From positions 1 through 64,000 of the forward strand of contig JAAOMT010000741.1 in assembly GCA_016748015.1 (NCBI GenBank): 64,000 nucleotides of DNA, in the 5' to 3' direction. Below the pieces are notes generated by a model. It searched no databases. It was given only the letters and a program-made list of their open reading frames with translations, and was not told the DNA's origin. The position numbers and the translations under genes are program-made. Source of the stretch: Geosiphon pyriformis uo1. Lineage: Eukaryota > Fungi > Glomeromycota. Shown piece by piece: positions 37,201-52,100 of this stretch (positions are counted from its first letter, which is position 1; each line of letters begins with the position of its first letter).

Positions 37201-40200
37201 AATACTACTATTAATTTATTAAAAACTTCTCCAATATTGTCAAATTTTTTTATTATTTATTATTAAAACATGTTCTGTATTTTTGAAAAATTGATTAGCA
37301 AAAGGCTTTTGACTATCTTAAACAATAATTTATTAAAACTCTAATTTTAATTTACTCAAACTTTAATAAGCATTTTATTATAGTTATAAATCTCTTAAAA
37401 AATGCATTAAAAGTTATTTTATTATAAATTAAATTAAACAATTAAGAACATCTAATCACATATGCTAACTACAATATTAATGCTATTGAAAAAATATATA
37501 GTACTACTAATCTAAAATGTCTTGTTATTTACTAGGTTATACAGAACTAAAAACATTATTTTTACTAACTATTCAATCTATATATAAATCATAAAAAATT
37601 GATTTGATTACTTAGCAAATTATAACTCAAAAAAAAGTATGCAAAATAAAATACTTATCTGCAACAATTTTTATACAAAGTACATTATAAAAAAGAAGCC
37701 AAAAACACTAATACTAACAGCTTATCAAAAATAACTCAAATTTAAATTTTAGAACAATAAACACAACTACTTATCAATAATTATATCAATATTTGTTAAT
37801 ATCTTAGTTCAAAAAAAACTATTTCAACAGAAACAAAATGTTATACAAAAACAAGCCTAAAACTATTTTTTGCATAATAAATAATTATATTACCAAGAAT
37901 ACCAAAACAATCTTATATTTCAATGAATTATAAAAGATACTAAAAAAAAACTATCTTATTTAACATGTATTCTGATCCAACAATGAGATATTTTAACAAA
38001 AATATTATCTTAAAAAAAACAATTAATCTATACTATTGGTTTACAGTATATAAAAACATTTTTAAATATATTTTTAATTATAATTTATGTTAAAAAAAAA
38101 GAACCCAGAATATTAAAACCACTTTGATTTATTCTAGTTGAAAATTTATTTAATAAAATTGGAATTGATTTGATTAGACTTCTTTTTATTGTTTCTAAAA
38201 AAATTGTTATATTGCTGTAGCTATAAATTATCTTATTAAATGGCCAAAAATTAAAGCTATTTAAGTAACAAATACCAAAACAGTAGCCGAATTTGTAGAT
38301 TAGAATCTGATTTGTTGACATAAATGCTTAAAAAATTATTATTTGACTAAAAAACTCATTTTGTTAACAGTATGCTTACCAAATTAAGCCAACAATTTGG
38401 AATAAAATAACTATTACTATCATTATATTACTCTTAAATAAATAAATTAATAGAATAATTTAATTAAATATTAAACAAAAATAAGTTACAAAAATACACA
38501 AAAATAGAACTTATTTATATTTTTAGTATTATTGGCATACTAAACATTGAAACAAAATATTATTTAGTTTATACTATTTAAATTAATCTATAAAAAAAAA
38601 GCTATATTACCTATTAAATAAAAATTACCTATTTTTCTAACCAAAACAATTACCAAAAAAAATTTCAAAGCTATTTACACCCAAAAACATATTAACTCAT
38701 AAAAACATTAAAAAAAAATTATAAAAAAACAGCTAATAATATTAGTAATACTTAAGAACAACAGAAAAAAAGATATAATAATTACTTATTCAATTAATCA
38801 GTTAAATTCAAAAGTAGAGACCAAGTATTATTACATTATACTAAAGCTAAGAAATAATAAAATAGAAAATTTGATCTAAAATAAAACAGATTTTTTTATA
38901 TACACAAAGTTTTGGGCAATAAAGCATATAAATTATGATTAAAAAACAAAATTTTAAAGAAAGTTATACATAGAAATTGTTTAAAAATTTATTATATAAC
39001 ACAAAGATTATTATTATTTATATTTTAATTAGAAACACAAATTCTATTAATTAAATCAAAAGATATATTACAAGATCTAAAACCAATTATTATTATTAAA
39101 CACAATCTATATATGACAATTTGAATTACATGAAATAAAGATATAAATACTAAAAAAACAAAGAAAGAAGTTAATAATATTTTCAATATAAATCTTTTAG
39201 ACAAAATTTTGAAACTTTTAGAACAACTATTTAAAACAATTCAATAATTTACAACACCAATAGAAATTACAATTAATAAAAAAAAGATACAATACAGAAA
39301 TATAAAAAAAAAGAATGGACAAAAGTTTAACAAAAACCAAGTGTTCCTATTTTTATAATAAGATATATGGCTATACATATTCAACAAAATTAAAAAAGCT
39401 TTAAGCAAGCTAATCATAAAATTAATAATAAAAGAATAAATACCAAAAACCTCTAAAAAATAGAAAAAAACTTTTATTAATATACTAATTTTTTAAAATT
39501 GGCAAAAAACTAGTTCTATAAATATTATACTTAAATACCAACAAATGAATATTTAACAAAAAAGCTTTTAAACAAGTAAAAGAATTTGTTAGGAAAAACA
39601 ACTTAATATTACACTATAAAGCAACATATTAACTGTATTTAGCACTTAAATATTGTCTAGTTATACTATTAGACAATTTATTAAAAACTATTACAATTAA
39701 CAACATAAAATAAATAACAAATACATAGTTTAAAAACTTACAAAAAACAATACTTAATATAATAATTAAAAATTATACTAAAAGAACAATTTTTACAGAT
39801 ACATATAATTTTGCAAAAGCTTAATTCTAAAAGAAAAGAATAATATTATTTAAGTAAAAAAACCAATTCAAAGCAATTAAAAAAAATGTGATTAAAATAT
39901 AATAATATAGAAAAAATATAATAACACAAAATAATACACAATAATACATAATAATTCAGAATAACACAAAATAATATACAATAATATAAAATAATACAGA
40001 ATAACTAGTTATAACATAAGATAATTAATTATAATATAAAAGAACAAAGCAATAACAGAAATAGCAAGTGATAGCTAATAATAACAAATAATCAAAGACA
40101 ATTTTATAAAACTAAAAAATATGTATAAAAATGAATAGCTTTAGCAAATAAAAAAACAAACAGAATATAAGAACCTATTTTTTTAAAAAAAATATCTTAG

Positions 40201-40822
40201 CTTTAAAACTTAATAAATCTCTTTTATCTTATTTTTTTTATATTTTTATATTCACAATTAAATAAAAAATATTGTTTAATTTACTTATACATGATTTTCA
40301 AATTTGTGTTGTTAAAATTAAATTGAATATTTTTTTTATCTTTATTTTAAGCCAAATACTATTAATATAAACAGCTTTAAAATTTTAATAACTTGGACCA
40401 ATTACTTTTAATTATGGTAATTAACAATACTAATTTCTCTTTTCTTTTTTTTTTCTTTTTATTTTTTTCTTTTTTTGGTAAAGCAGTAATATTAAAAAAA
40501 TTAACTGTCTAAAAATAAACTTTGTGATAATCTGATAAAAAAGAAAAGCTCTCTTTAGATTTGAATATTAACTCTATTTTATTAACTTACTAAAAAAATG
40601 AAAAAACAATGTCAAATTCTAACAATTGTGTTTAATTAACTTAAAAAAAATAGCTTATATATACTCAACTACAAACAATTAAACTATATTTTTGTGCTTT
40701 ATAACCAAAGAATTTTATAAGTATATTCATATATATCAAAAATTTTCAAAGACTAATCACATTAATTTGTTATTCATAGCAAATAAAAAAACTCTTATAT
40801 CTTATCAAGTTTATTTATAATA

Positions 40823-41821
40823 ATATTATTTAAGTAAATAATAACTAATTTTTACAAAATTTCTTTGTACACAATATTTATTAAGCATTGAAAAATAACA
40901 GAAGCATTGTAAAGTTTAAAGAACATTACATTAAATTCGAAATTTTTATCTCAGATTGTAAATACAGTTTTTCTTTGTTATTTGAATCTATCTCAACTTG
41001 TCAATATTTGTTGATTAAATTCAATAAGGAAGATCATTTTTTATTTTCCAAATTGTCTAAAATTTTTTGAATAAAAGAAGTTAAATAACTATTTCTTTAA
41101 ATTATACTATTAAATTTCTAATAGTCAATACATAAATGTATTTTTCCATTTTTTTTATAACTAATATAACTAGTAAAGACCATAAACTTAAAAAATTCTT
41201 AATTAAATTATTATTTAGCATTAATTATACTTTTTGTTTGATTAAATTGTCTTTATCTAAAGTAATTTAATATATTTATTGTTTAATAAATCTAGAATTT
41301 CTAATGTTAATTTTATGTTTTACAATATTAGTGTATCTAAATTTATTTTTACTAATAAAAACATTGACATATTGGTTTAGTAAAATTTTAAGTTGTATTT
41401 GTTAAAAAATACTTAAATTTTTTAAGTTAAGTTTATTAATTTTGTCTAAAGTAAATAAGTAACTTTTTTTAGCATATTTTATACTTGAGAAATAATAATA
41501 TAAAATAAGAATAATTGTGCAAAGTTAAGAATAAACTGGAATTTTTCAAAATCTTAAATGTTTAAAGTAATAGAATTAATAAGAGTTTTTTTGGAAATTT
41601 TAATAATATTGTTTATTAGATTATAAAAGTGATTATAAACTTTAATAGAAATATAAATGTTTACAATATCTACCAAATAATAAATTTTAAGACAGTTTTA
41701 AACAATAATGTTTAATTTTAAACTTTTTATACAACTTTTATTATATATTGTTAATATAATAAGATCAAAATTATAGTATTAATATAGATAAATTTCATTT
41801 TATTACTGGATTTTTTCATGT
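40823..41821 (-). pseudogene. C2 continuation: RT N-terminal half and pre-RT spacer
   Basis: Reverse complement reads ..LVIIYLNN (YLDD) joining 20187; collinear with 35950-36950. Confidence 0.85.
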
Positions 41822-42786
41822 TGTTACTAAAGCTTTTTCTATTCTTTTTTTAGTGTTGTTAATGCTATTTTGTTGTTAATTCTGTTGTAAATAAAAGTTG
41901 GTAAACTTTTAATAAGCCAATTTTTTTCCAAAGTATTTTTTTATACTTTGAACTATGAATGCTGTTAAGTTTATTATAAAATAACAAATTCTGTGCCAAT
42001 TACTTGTATAATTACTTTGCAGTGAAAGTTAATTTTTTAGCAAAAAAATCTTATCTGTAAACTTTTCAAAATATGTGTAGTTACTTTGCTGTAAAAGTCA
42101 ATTTTTCTACAAAAAATTTCGACTGTAAGCTATTCAATAATATAAAAAAAAAAGAAACTAAAAGAAACTAAAAAAAAAAATAAGAAAATATGTTAAAAAA
42201 GTTATTTTAGATTCAAATTTAAAAGTTGTTAATAATTATTAAAATTAATAACTAATCAATTTTAAAACATTAATATAGAAAAGTTAATTTTATAATAAAA
42301 ATAGTTAAGTTTTTTAAAGTAAGTTTTATTGGAATTGATTTATATAGAAAATATTAAGAAAAATATTAGTTTTAGTCAAGATATATTTTTTTAAAAAGAA
42401 AATATCTTTTTTTATACAACTTGTTGTAATACTATTTTATAATTTTGCACTTTTTTTTTTTAATATTTTGGCAAACTAAAAGTATATTTTATCAAACTAC
42501 AAATTATTTTAATAAATTGTTAAGTATTTTGTCAAATTACTAAATATTTTAGCAAATTTTAAATATTATATAATTCAGTATATTACATAATTTAATTATC
42601 ACAATTTGGTTATATTTGTGTTTTGTATAAATTGAGTTATTAATTAAATAATAATTTAAATAATTTAATAAGATAATAAGTAATAAATTAAAATAATAAT
42701 ATATGCTATTATTGAAGATTTTTGGTCTTTTTTCTTGAATGTTGTTAATGTTTGTTTGCTTTTAATTCATATTTTCTAAAAATTAG
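41822..42786 (-). repeat. Two nested, truncated family-A-like LTRs (second begins ~42705)
   Basis: Reverse-complement matches to A-LTR blocks (GTAGTTACTTTGCTGTAAAAGTCAA; GATTTTTGGTCTTTT). Confidence 0.75.
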
Positions 42787-43464
42787 TTTTATAGATTGAA
42801 GTAACAAACTAATAGACAGCAAGAGAAAACAGAATTGTAGGGTAATAAAATTAATTAAAGAGAATTCAACTTCAATAAATAAATTAAATAAGTATAGATT
42901 TAATGTATAAGATCAGTTTTATAAAATATCTTAATTACTGTTTTTTTAAAAGATAACTGGGAAATCTAAAAGTAAAGAAATAGTCTCTACTGTTAACAAA
43001 TAATAACATACTGGTATAATTCTATGTCTCATATTAGCACTTTTAGAATTTAATATTAGGTATCAGATGTGTTTTTTAGTCACATTTTATTAAATGCTAC
43101 AATTATACAAGTTAGAAAAAAAGTAGATAAATGCCAACAAGTAATTTTTTATTCCAAAATGTTTAGATACTTGAAAGTAAAGAAAGAGAAATTAGCAAGA
43201 AGAGAAAAATTAAAATGAAGTTGTTATTTTATTTCTTTGCTTTTTTTGATTCTTATATGCTTTTTTACAGCTAAGAAATTTATTGCTTATATAGCTATTA
43301 AAAATAGTTAACAACCAAGTCAATAACTAGGTTAATGATCAGATCAACAATTAGGTTATTGATTAGATCAATGATCACTATCTAAAAATAGAATGGCTAA
43401 TTATATAATATCAATAATTAATACATGTAATAACTAATAAAAAGTATGAGTTTTAACTGTAATA
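42787..43464 (-). repeat. Family-B LTR with non-matching flanks
   Basis: Both termini present; left flank is A-LTR sequence, right flank is B pol; no TSD, PBS or PPT. Confidence 0.85.
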
Positions 43465-46400
43465 ATATGGTCAACAGATTAGCTTGCCATTTACAATAAT
43501 TTTTTTTTTGTTAGTTTTAATATTATTTATTGGCTTGCCATTGCTAATAAAGATAGTGTAAGCAAATTTAGCAATTTCTTTTTGTTTTTTTTTATTTTCA
43601 TTTTTTTTGCTTTCTTTATTATCTAATTTGTTTAATTGTTTTTCTTCTGAATTTTGCTTGGGTACTAGAGGAGTTGTTCAATAATAACATTTAATCACAA
43701 CAAGTTTTTTATCATATTTTATGGTTAATTCACACAATTTATAATTAAGCAAAGCTTTTGTTTTCTTGAATCATTTATTGCTAACAATAATAGTGTATTT
43801 TTTAACTTCAGAAAATTTCATGTTAGTTTCAATGTTAATATTATTAATGCAGACAAAAACAGCTTTGGCTATGTTCAGATTTTTTTTTTGTTACTATGTA
43901 TATTAGTCATTGGTCAAATAAAAAACTCATTAATTTTTCTGCTGATTGTTTTTAGAAAGTGTTTGACAATAATACTTACAGATGATTTACTATCTAAAAT
44001 CAAGTCAATGAAGTACTCAGTTACTTGGATTTTGCAAATCAAAAAAGTGATATTGCTATTGTCAGCAAGTTCAGCTTAATAAGAGCACTTGTTGGTTTTT
44101 GGTGTTTTCTTTTTAGGAATCAAGAATTTGCAAAGATTTTTTCTGAACTGTAGATGGGTTATTAATTGGCCAAAAGTAATGTGAACTGGTGTTTTTATAA
44201 GATTTTTAACAACAGAATAGAAACCAGATTTTTGTACTATTTCTGGAATTTTTAACTTTAGAGAATTCTTAAAAACTTTAGTTTTTGGTAGCTTATTATT
44301 ATTAGCAGTTGATATAAAAGCTTTATTAGGGTCTAAGACAAAATCAATTTTGGCTTTTTTTTTTCTTGTTGAATCAGAGGGTTTAATTGCCAATTTATTC
44401 ATGTTATAGTTATTATTAATTAAATTAAAAGTGTAAAAAGAGTTTTTTTCTGATTACTTTGTACTTTCACTCTTTAAAGATACACCTATCAGTTTAAAAG
44501 CTGATAAACAGTGGCTTTAACTAGGAAATTTTCTTCAAAAAAATTGATATTAGTATGATTAGGTTTTTAATTAAAGATGTTATTATTATTGGGTCTGTTA
44601 TTTTAAGTGTTATTGTTTCTAAGAGCTAAAGAAAACAACAGAGGATTGTTACAATTTCTAAAAAAATGTCCAGTTAATCTACAGCAATAGCACACAAGTG
44701 GACCACAATTTTGCTGTTTTTAATAAAATGGCTGCTAAGACTGATTGAAACAAGATTCAAATCTAAATCTTTGTGGTTATTAGTTATCTCTCACTGCTTA
44801 TGTCAAAGATTTTAATAATCAGACAAAATTGACTGTAAGTTTATTTATTAATTGTTTATTGGAATTTTGAATTTAAGCTGTAAAAAAAATAGCAGTTATT
44901 TAAAAAACAAAAACCAAAATAAAAGCAAAAACAAAAACTAAAAAGATAGATTCCAAGTACATTTTTTGATTATCTTCAATTTTTTGAGCAAGTTCAATAG
45001 TTATGTCTATTGTTGGATTATTTTTTAAAGCCAAAAAAAACCAAAAAGCATATAAAAGATCAGTTTTTAATTTTTTTGTAAAAAAATGGATCTTTTGTTT
45101 TTCTGTCTAATTTTTTCTAGAGTCTACTTATTTGATTAATTTTCTAATTTTTTTGGCATATTTGGTTACAATTTTACCAGAATTTTGAGTTCTTTTTTCT
45201 AATTTTATATGTTATTTTGAGATTAAGATAAGAGTTCTGAATTTGTTTTTAAACTAAGTGGTAAAAGAAGTATTTTTTTCTCTAACATTTGTTGATGTCT
45301 ATTTAATAATTTTTGGTAAGCACCAGCATTGGTTTTTTGTAAGAACCAAATAGCAAGAGAGTCTTAAAAGTAGCCACCAATAATTTAGAACTTGTATTTT
45401 GTATTATACTAATTTATAGTAGCTGTTTTTTCAAAATTGTCCAACCATTTAATTAGGTCTTAAGTATTATTTCTAAATAGTAATAATAAAATGTTGTTTT
45501 TTTGCCCCAAAGCAGTTTGTATATTTTAAAAAGCAGCTAGAATGTTTGTTTACATAAAATCAACAGCCATTGGTTTAGAAATAACAGTTTGTGTAGAATA
45601 ATCTGAATTATTTGAAAAAAAATCAAAAACAAAAACAGTTTAATAACTTTTTTCTTCTGTTTTAAAGAGAGTTTTAGCTGATTAATAAGCAATAATCCAA
45701 ATGTGAATTTAATAATTCAGATATTTGAAATCAGAAGGCTGTTGTTTAAAAGTTGTTAAATATAAAAGCTGATTAATGTTATTGTTGTTTTTTTTAAGAT
45801 TGTCTTCAAAGTAAGCTTGGTCAAAGAAGTAGTTTGTGTAGGCTGTAGAAATTTTAACTGAGTATTTATTTAGAAACCAGTTCTAAAAATCTTGAAATTG
45901 TTTATTGAATTGTTTTTTAACAGAAAAACAAATTAAGCAGAAGGGCAAAGAATTGAGTTCAATAAAGTTTAGGTTGTTTTTGTTGTGTGCTTCAAAGTGT
46001 TTTTCTGATTGTTGTAACAAATATGAATAATCACCCATACAATAGGAAACAATATGAATTTAACAACTTTATAGAGAGCATCACTTTTATATTATAAGTT
46101 GGAATAATAAACTAACAAATAGCAAGAAAAAACAAAATTGTAGAGTAATGAAATTAATCAAAAAAGATTCAACATTAATAAGTGAATTGAATGAGTATGG
46201 ATTCAATGTGTGAGATCAGTCTTATAAAATATTTTAGTCACTATTCTTTTTAAAAGATAACTAAAGAATCTGAAAATAGAAAAATAGTCTATACTGTTAA
46301 CAAATAATAACATATTAATATAATTTTATGTCTTATATTAGCACTTTTAAAATTTAATATCAGGTATTAAATCTACTTTTCAATTACATTTTATTCAATA

Positions 46401-46765
46401 ATCTTCAAATGTTATAATTATTCAGATCAGAAAAAGAGTAAATAAATGTCAACAAGTAATTTTTTATTTTAAGAAGTTTAGATACTTAAAGGTAAGAAAA
46501 GAGAAAGATTGAGATAAAATTATTATTTTATTTCTTTGCTTTTTTTTATTCTTATATGTTTTTTTACAGCTAAAAAATTCATTGCTTATATAGCTATTAA
46601 AAGTGGTCAATGATTAGGTTAATGATTAAATCAATGATTAGGTCAATGATTAGATCAATGATTATGTTAATAGTCAAGTCATTAATCAGATCAATATTCA
46701 CTATTAAAAATAGGGTGGCTGATATATATAATAACTAATAAAAAGTATGAGTTTCAATTATAACA
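43465..46765 (-). mobile_element. Family-B element 5' part: 5' LTR (46090-46765), PBS (~46070-46083), gag, protease
   Basis: PBS T(G>A)-mutated TGATGCTCTCTATAA after the LTR; gag MAVDFM..WLDNFEK; Zn knuckle ~44660-44695; protease IDLILDSKSSVSII ~43980-44010. Confidence 0.85.
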
Positions 46766-48739
46766 ATAATAATACTGTCAGCTAATTTAATATTAAGTAT
46801 TAATTTAATGTTTATTTGTTCTATTTGGATATTGGTATATATTGCTATAATAGCTTTATCTGAATTAATAACAGCTTTATTAAAGAGATTATAAGTGTTT
46901 AAGTTATTAATATTAAATAGAAATATGGCTGTAAAAGATTATTTTTAATGATTATAATTAAAAAAATTATATTAAAAGTAGTTTAATTGTTGATAAAAGA
47001 AAAAAGATTGGTAATTTTGACTGTAATTTTTTTTTTCTAAAGGTATAAAATTACCAAAATCCTGAATTTTAATAAAATTAAAATATAAAGTTTAATTTAA
47101 ATAAATTGTTAATAATGCTTAAGATGATTAATTATTGTAATTTATATTTTGAAATAGTACTATAATAGATTGAATTTGATTTCTATTATTGTTTTATTAT
47201 CTTTAATTATAGTTAATAATTTGAAGTTTTGGATTGTTATATTGTAAAACCTAATATTAAAGTTAAAGTTGTATTATTGTTTAAGAGTATTGATAATAAT
47301 GCTGTAATATTTAAGATAAATATTGGATTTATTAATATTAAAGCAAGAAATATTGATATTTTGCTAATTATAAATATCTTGATTATTATTAATATTAATT
47401 TTTATAATTCTGATCCAATATTTTTGTGACAATTTTTCACAATATGAAATTTTTAACAATAATAGAAATTGTAAAAATCTTGTTTTTAAAATTGTTATTG
47501 CTATTAATATTATTACTATTGTTGATATAATAAAGTTATTGTTATTTTTTAACATTGTAAAAACTAATATATTTTTGAATTTTTTACAAAAAATTTTTTA
47601 ATTTTTTGAGATAATTTCTCACTTAATTGAGTAAGCTTTACATTAATATTAAAGATTTTATTTATAATTAGATTAACAATTTAAATATAGTTGGTTTCTT
47701 GTTTAGCAAATTTGAAATTTCGAATAAATATTATTGTATCTTATAAACTTTCAAAATAATTAAATCTAACAAACCAAAAAATAATGCTTTTTAGTCTTTT
47801 AATAAATTGATTTAAGATCTGGTTATGTATATAATGGTTTCTTTTAATAGCTTGAATTTGGCAAAATATTTAATTAAATTAACCAAAATAAATAGTAATT
47901 GCTTTATAATCTTTTTGTTTTATAATACTAAATTGATTTGTAATTAAATTAAAGTATTGAAATTACAGAAATACTATAAAAAAAACAAATTTAAAAATAA
48001 TAAAATTAATTGGCTTTTTATTGAGACTTTAATATTATGAATCTGCTGTTTTAGTTAAGAAAAAGAGTAAGTTTTAAATTATTCTGGTATTATTTTAATT
48101 GTTTGTTGTAATTGCTTTTTCAGTCTTGGCAATTCAAGTATAAATATTTTTTTTTCACTAGAAAATTTTTCTAATCTAGTAATGTTTCTATAAGTTATAA
48201 CAGAAGTGACAAAAAGTTGTTTATTTATTAAAAAAAAAGAGATTAATAAAAATAAGTTGGATTTTTCTGTTGAATTTAATGCTAGTTATTTTCTTTTATT
48301 TATGATTATAATCAATTAAAACAATAATGTTTTTTTTGAAAAAATGATTGTTAATTTAGCTAGTAATTATAATAGTTGTTGTATCTAAGTAGAATTATTT
48401 CTAAAAACAATATTTGTAAAAATAAGATTTTTAAATAGTGTTCTATATTCTCTTAATAATTTAATCCAGAAATTTCTGTTAGAGTTTCAAGAATAGAGGT
48501 TTTCAGAAGTTGTTAAAGTTTTTGGCTACAAATTATTTAGTTAATTTGGCTTTTTGGAATCTAATAGTAAGATAATATTGTTAATAAAAAGAATTTTGAC
48601 TTTTTGCTTGCTGTAAATTAGAGTTTTTTTATACAGATTGCTGTTAAATATTGTTTTTTGTATCCAATTTGAATTTTTCAAAAAAGACTTTTGTGCTACA
48701 ATTTTTTTTAAACTGTAAATAACAATTTTGTGTATGTAT
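46766..48739 (-). pseudogene. Family-C gag-protease fragment (probably the 5' part of C2)
   Basis: Reverse complement is collinear with 21550-23040 plus 23870-24340. Confidence 0.78.
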
Positions 48740-49152
48740 TGTTATGAATTAGAGTAACAAGCTAATAGATAGCAAAAAAAAACAGGATTGTAAGGTGATG
48801 AAAGGAATCAAAGAGAATTCAACTTTAAAGAGAGAATTCAACTTTAAAGAGTGAATTAAATAAGTATGAATTCAATGTGTGAAATCAGTCTTATAAAATA
48901 TTTCAATCACTATACTTTTTAAAAAATAACTGGAAAATCTGAAAGTAAAGAAATAGTTTATACTGTTAACAAATAATTACATACTGGTATAATTCTATGC
49001 CTCATGTTGGCCCTTTTAGAATTTAATATTAAGTATTAGATATACTCTTTAGTCACATTTTATTCAATAATTTTTAAATATTACAATTACACATTTCAGA
49101 AAAAAAGTAGGGTATAACCAACAAATGATCTTTTTATCCCAAAATGTTCGGA
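48740..49152 (-). repeat. Partial family-B LTR (U5/R side only)
   Basis: Starts TGTTATGAATTAGAGTAACAAGC; breaks abruptly into C-LTR sequence. Confidence 0.82.
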
Positions 49153-52100
49153 TTATTTGTTACATATCTTTTGTTATATCTTATATTTTATATGACTGAA
49201 ATAAAGAAAATATTAACAAAAAACTTGAAATTTCTGTCTGTATAATTCTTGTATTTTATGTATTGTAGCTAAATTAATCTTGTTTTTATTTTTGATCTCA
49301 GTCAAATGCTCTTAGCATAAAACAGCTTTAAATCATTATGACTTAGACCAATTGTTTTTGATTATAGTGATTAATAATATTAATTTATCTTTTTTTATTT
49401 TCTTTTATTTTTATTTTTATTTTTTTTTATTCTTTTTTATGGAATGGCAACATAAAAAAATCAATTGTTTGAGAATAGACTTTATAATAGTCTGGTAAAA
49501 GAGAAAAGCTTCTTTTAGAATTAGATATTAATATTATTTTGTTAGCTTACCAGAAGGGCAAAAAGACACTACTAAATTCTAATAACTATATTTGACTAAT
49601 TTGAAAAAGATAGCTTACATACAAAAAGTTGTAATATCATGAAACCATCACTTTGTGCTTTATAACCAAAGAACTTTACAAGTAAATTCATATTAATTAA
49701 AAAGATCTTCAAAAACTAATAGCACTGATCTCCAAACAAGCCTGCTGAAAGAAAACTATTAAAAACTCTCTAAAAACCCAAATTTTGAGCACTAAATATT
49801 ATTACCATATATTATCAAATTTATTTATAACATTTGGTGTCCTCTATAAGGTTATAAAATTCACAGAAACAGAGCATCTCAAAAATTCACAAAAATGATG
49901 ATTATTAGGACAGTAAAAAAAAATCATTTATTATACAGAAAAGTTTTATTTCAATATTTTAGAGAAGACTTAGGGATATCATTAGAAACTGTTAGTATAG
50001 AAAGTGATTTCTGTTATTACTTACATGACAAGATTAACTGTTTATTAAACCAAGCAATAGACACAGGAAAATTCAGAAAACAAATTCATTAAAAATTATT
50101 GACATACTTAACAAAAACCATCACTCAAGCCATAGCTAAAACTTTTTGTATAATTGACAGAGAAATTAAAAAATACATAGCACAATAATATCTTTAAGTA
50201 AAAAAAGACAAATAGTAAAGCCTGACTTCACAGAATTTGAGTCCAAATCCAATAATACAACAGTCACACAAAAGCAAGCCTAATCTACAGTTAACAAAAA
50301 ATCAAGGTTTTTCTTATCAACTACTCCTTTATATTATCAGACACCAGAAAGTAGAATTCTATTCAACTAATTCATAGAAACACAAACAAAAACTCCAAGA
50401 ATTTTCAAAACTCTGTACCCTTGGGGCCATAATAATAATTTTTAGACAAAATCTTTGGGAAAATACAAATTGTTATTTAAGAATCTTATCCCAACTGCCA
50501 GCCAATCTGGCAGGAGCATGTCTTCTTGGGCACTACCACTAACACAGCTCTTAACAGAGTTAACAACCACTTCTACAGAAAAAACAGCCATCTTGTTACC
50601 CATTGGTCTTAACAACAAAGAGAAATAACCAACATTAGTATCCAGAAAACAATACAATATACTGTCATTAAAACTCTTATTATTAACAAATAAAATACCT
50701 TCTGTTATTTAGATAATAGCTTACTGAGATATCATTGGACTAGAAAAATTCTCCAGTAAAGAAGATAATGCATACACCTAGATACCAGAAGCTGAGAAAG
50801 CAATTATTATTAACAATTAAGATAATACCAAAATCATTCAAGCACTGCCTTTTTTTTGACAGGAACCACAGACTTCTGGTATCAAAGTTTTAAGGAGAAA
50901 CCAACTGACTTTGCTGCTTTCAAACTTGCTTTTCTATAGTATTTCTATGATTTCAATATATTCATTTAGTTACAGAATCAATTTAGTATAATAAAACAAA
51001 AAAATTATAAAGCAGTAACTACTTATCTTAAACAGTTCAATTAAGTCCTTCAACAGATACTAAAAATTGAGAAAAATTATTATACTATAGCACAAGTTCT
51101 TAATCAATTCATTAAGAAATTAAGGAGCAGTATTTTATAATCTGTGAAACCCTGTTATCTGACAAATCTATAAGAAGCAGTTACTTTTGCTTGTAATTTT
51201 GAGTCAGCAAAGTAAGAAGTTAATTATACTTAAGCTATTAACTTGGCCATTAATAGAATCTTAGAGATTAATGCAAAGATAACCTAATTAAGTAAGACAT
51301 TAACTCAAAAAATTGAGAGATTCTTAGCTGGTATTACTGGAACTTATTAGCCACTCCAACAAAGAGACAACAACAATAACAGATACCAATAATAACAAAA
51401 TTATCAACAATAACAACAACTTTGGAGATCAGATTCTCATAATTATTATTACTGTTAGAAATCTAGACATATTGCTCAGGACTGTCAAAAAAAGTTGGTA
51501 GATTAGAACAGAGAAAATTAACATCTATAACAACAAAAATATCTTTAAGTTTTAAGATCTCAATATTTTATATCTCAATATTAACTACCACAGTACATAC
51601 AACAAATGCCTTAAAATTACTATCAGCCATTTATAACAGTGCCAATGACATCACAATACTAAGCACCCACTTATAACCAATTCAGATCTTAAACAATTGA
51701 CTATAATCAAGAATAAAAAAATGCCAGTAGCAATTAGATGTAAACTAACAATAGACTATCTTAACTAGTAACTCATGGCAATATATATTCTTAAACAACA
51801 TCCACTAAATACCCCAACCAAGTTTCATACCTAGATCTCACTAAAACTTCAAATTTTGGTAACACTACATTTTTAGAAAAAAAAATGTAGTTAAAATAAT
51901 CAATTTTTTTACTTTAAACTGATGTTAGATTATTAAGACAATTTTACCAGCCATTATTACTAAAAATTATACCCTTATTACTATATTTCTATTTGACATT
52001 AACAACCTGAATAACCTTGACCTTTTCAGTAAAGCTGCTATTAACTAAGATAAACCAATTATAATAATATACACTAATGCTCAAATAGGAGAAATAAACA

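Larger units (their letters stand above)
20188..40822 (+). mobile_element. Full-length decayed family-C element C1 (LTRs 20188-21206 and 39844-40822), interrupted by a solo D LTR and by element A
   Basis: Two homologous LTRs; PBS TTTGGTAC at 21207; gag/protease to 24350, resuming at 34243; then Cys-rich domain, dUTPase (~35510-35920), RT, RH, IN, ORF3; TSD GTGT/ATAT (two G>A). Confidence 0.88.
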
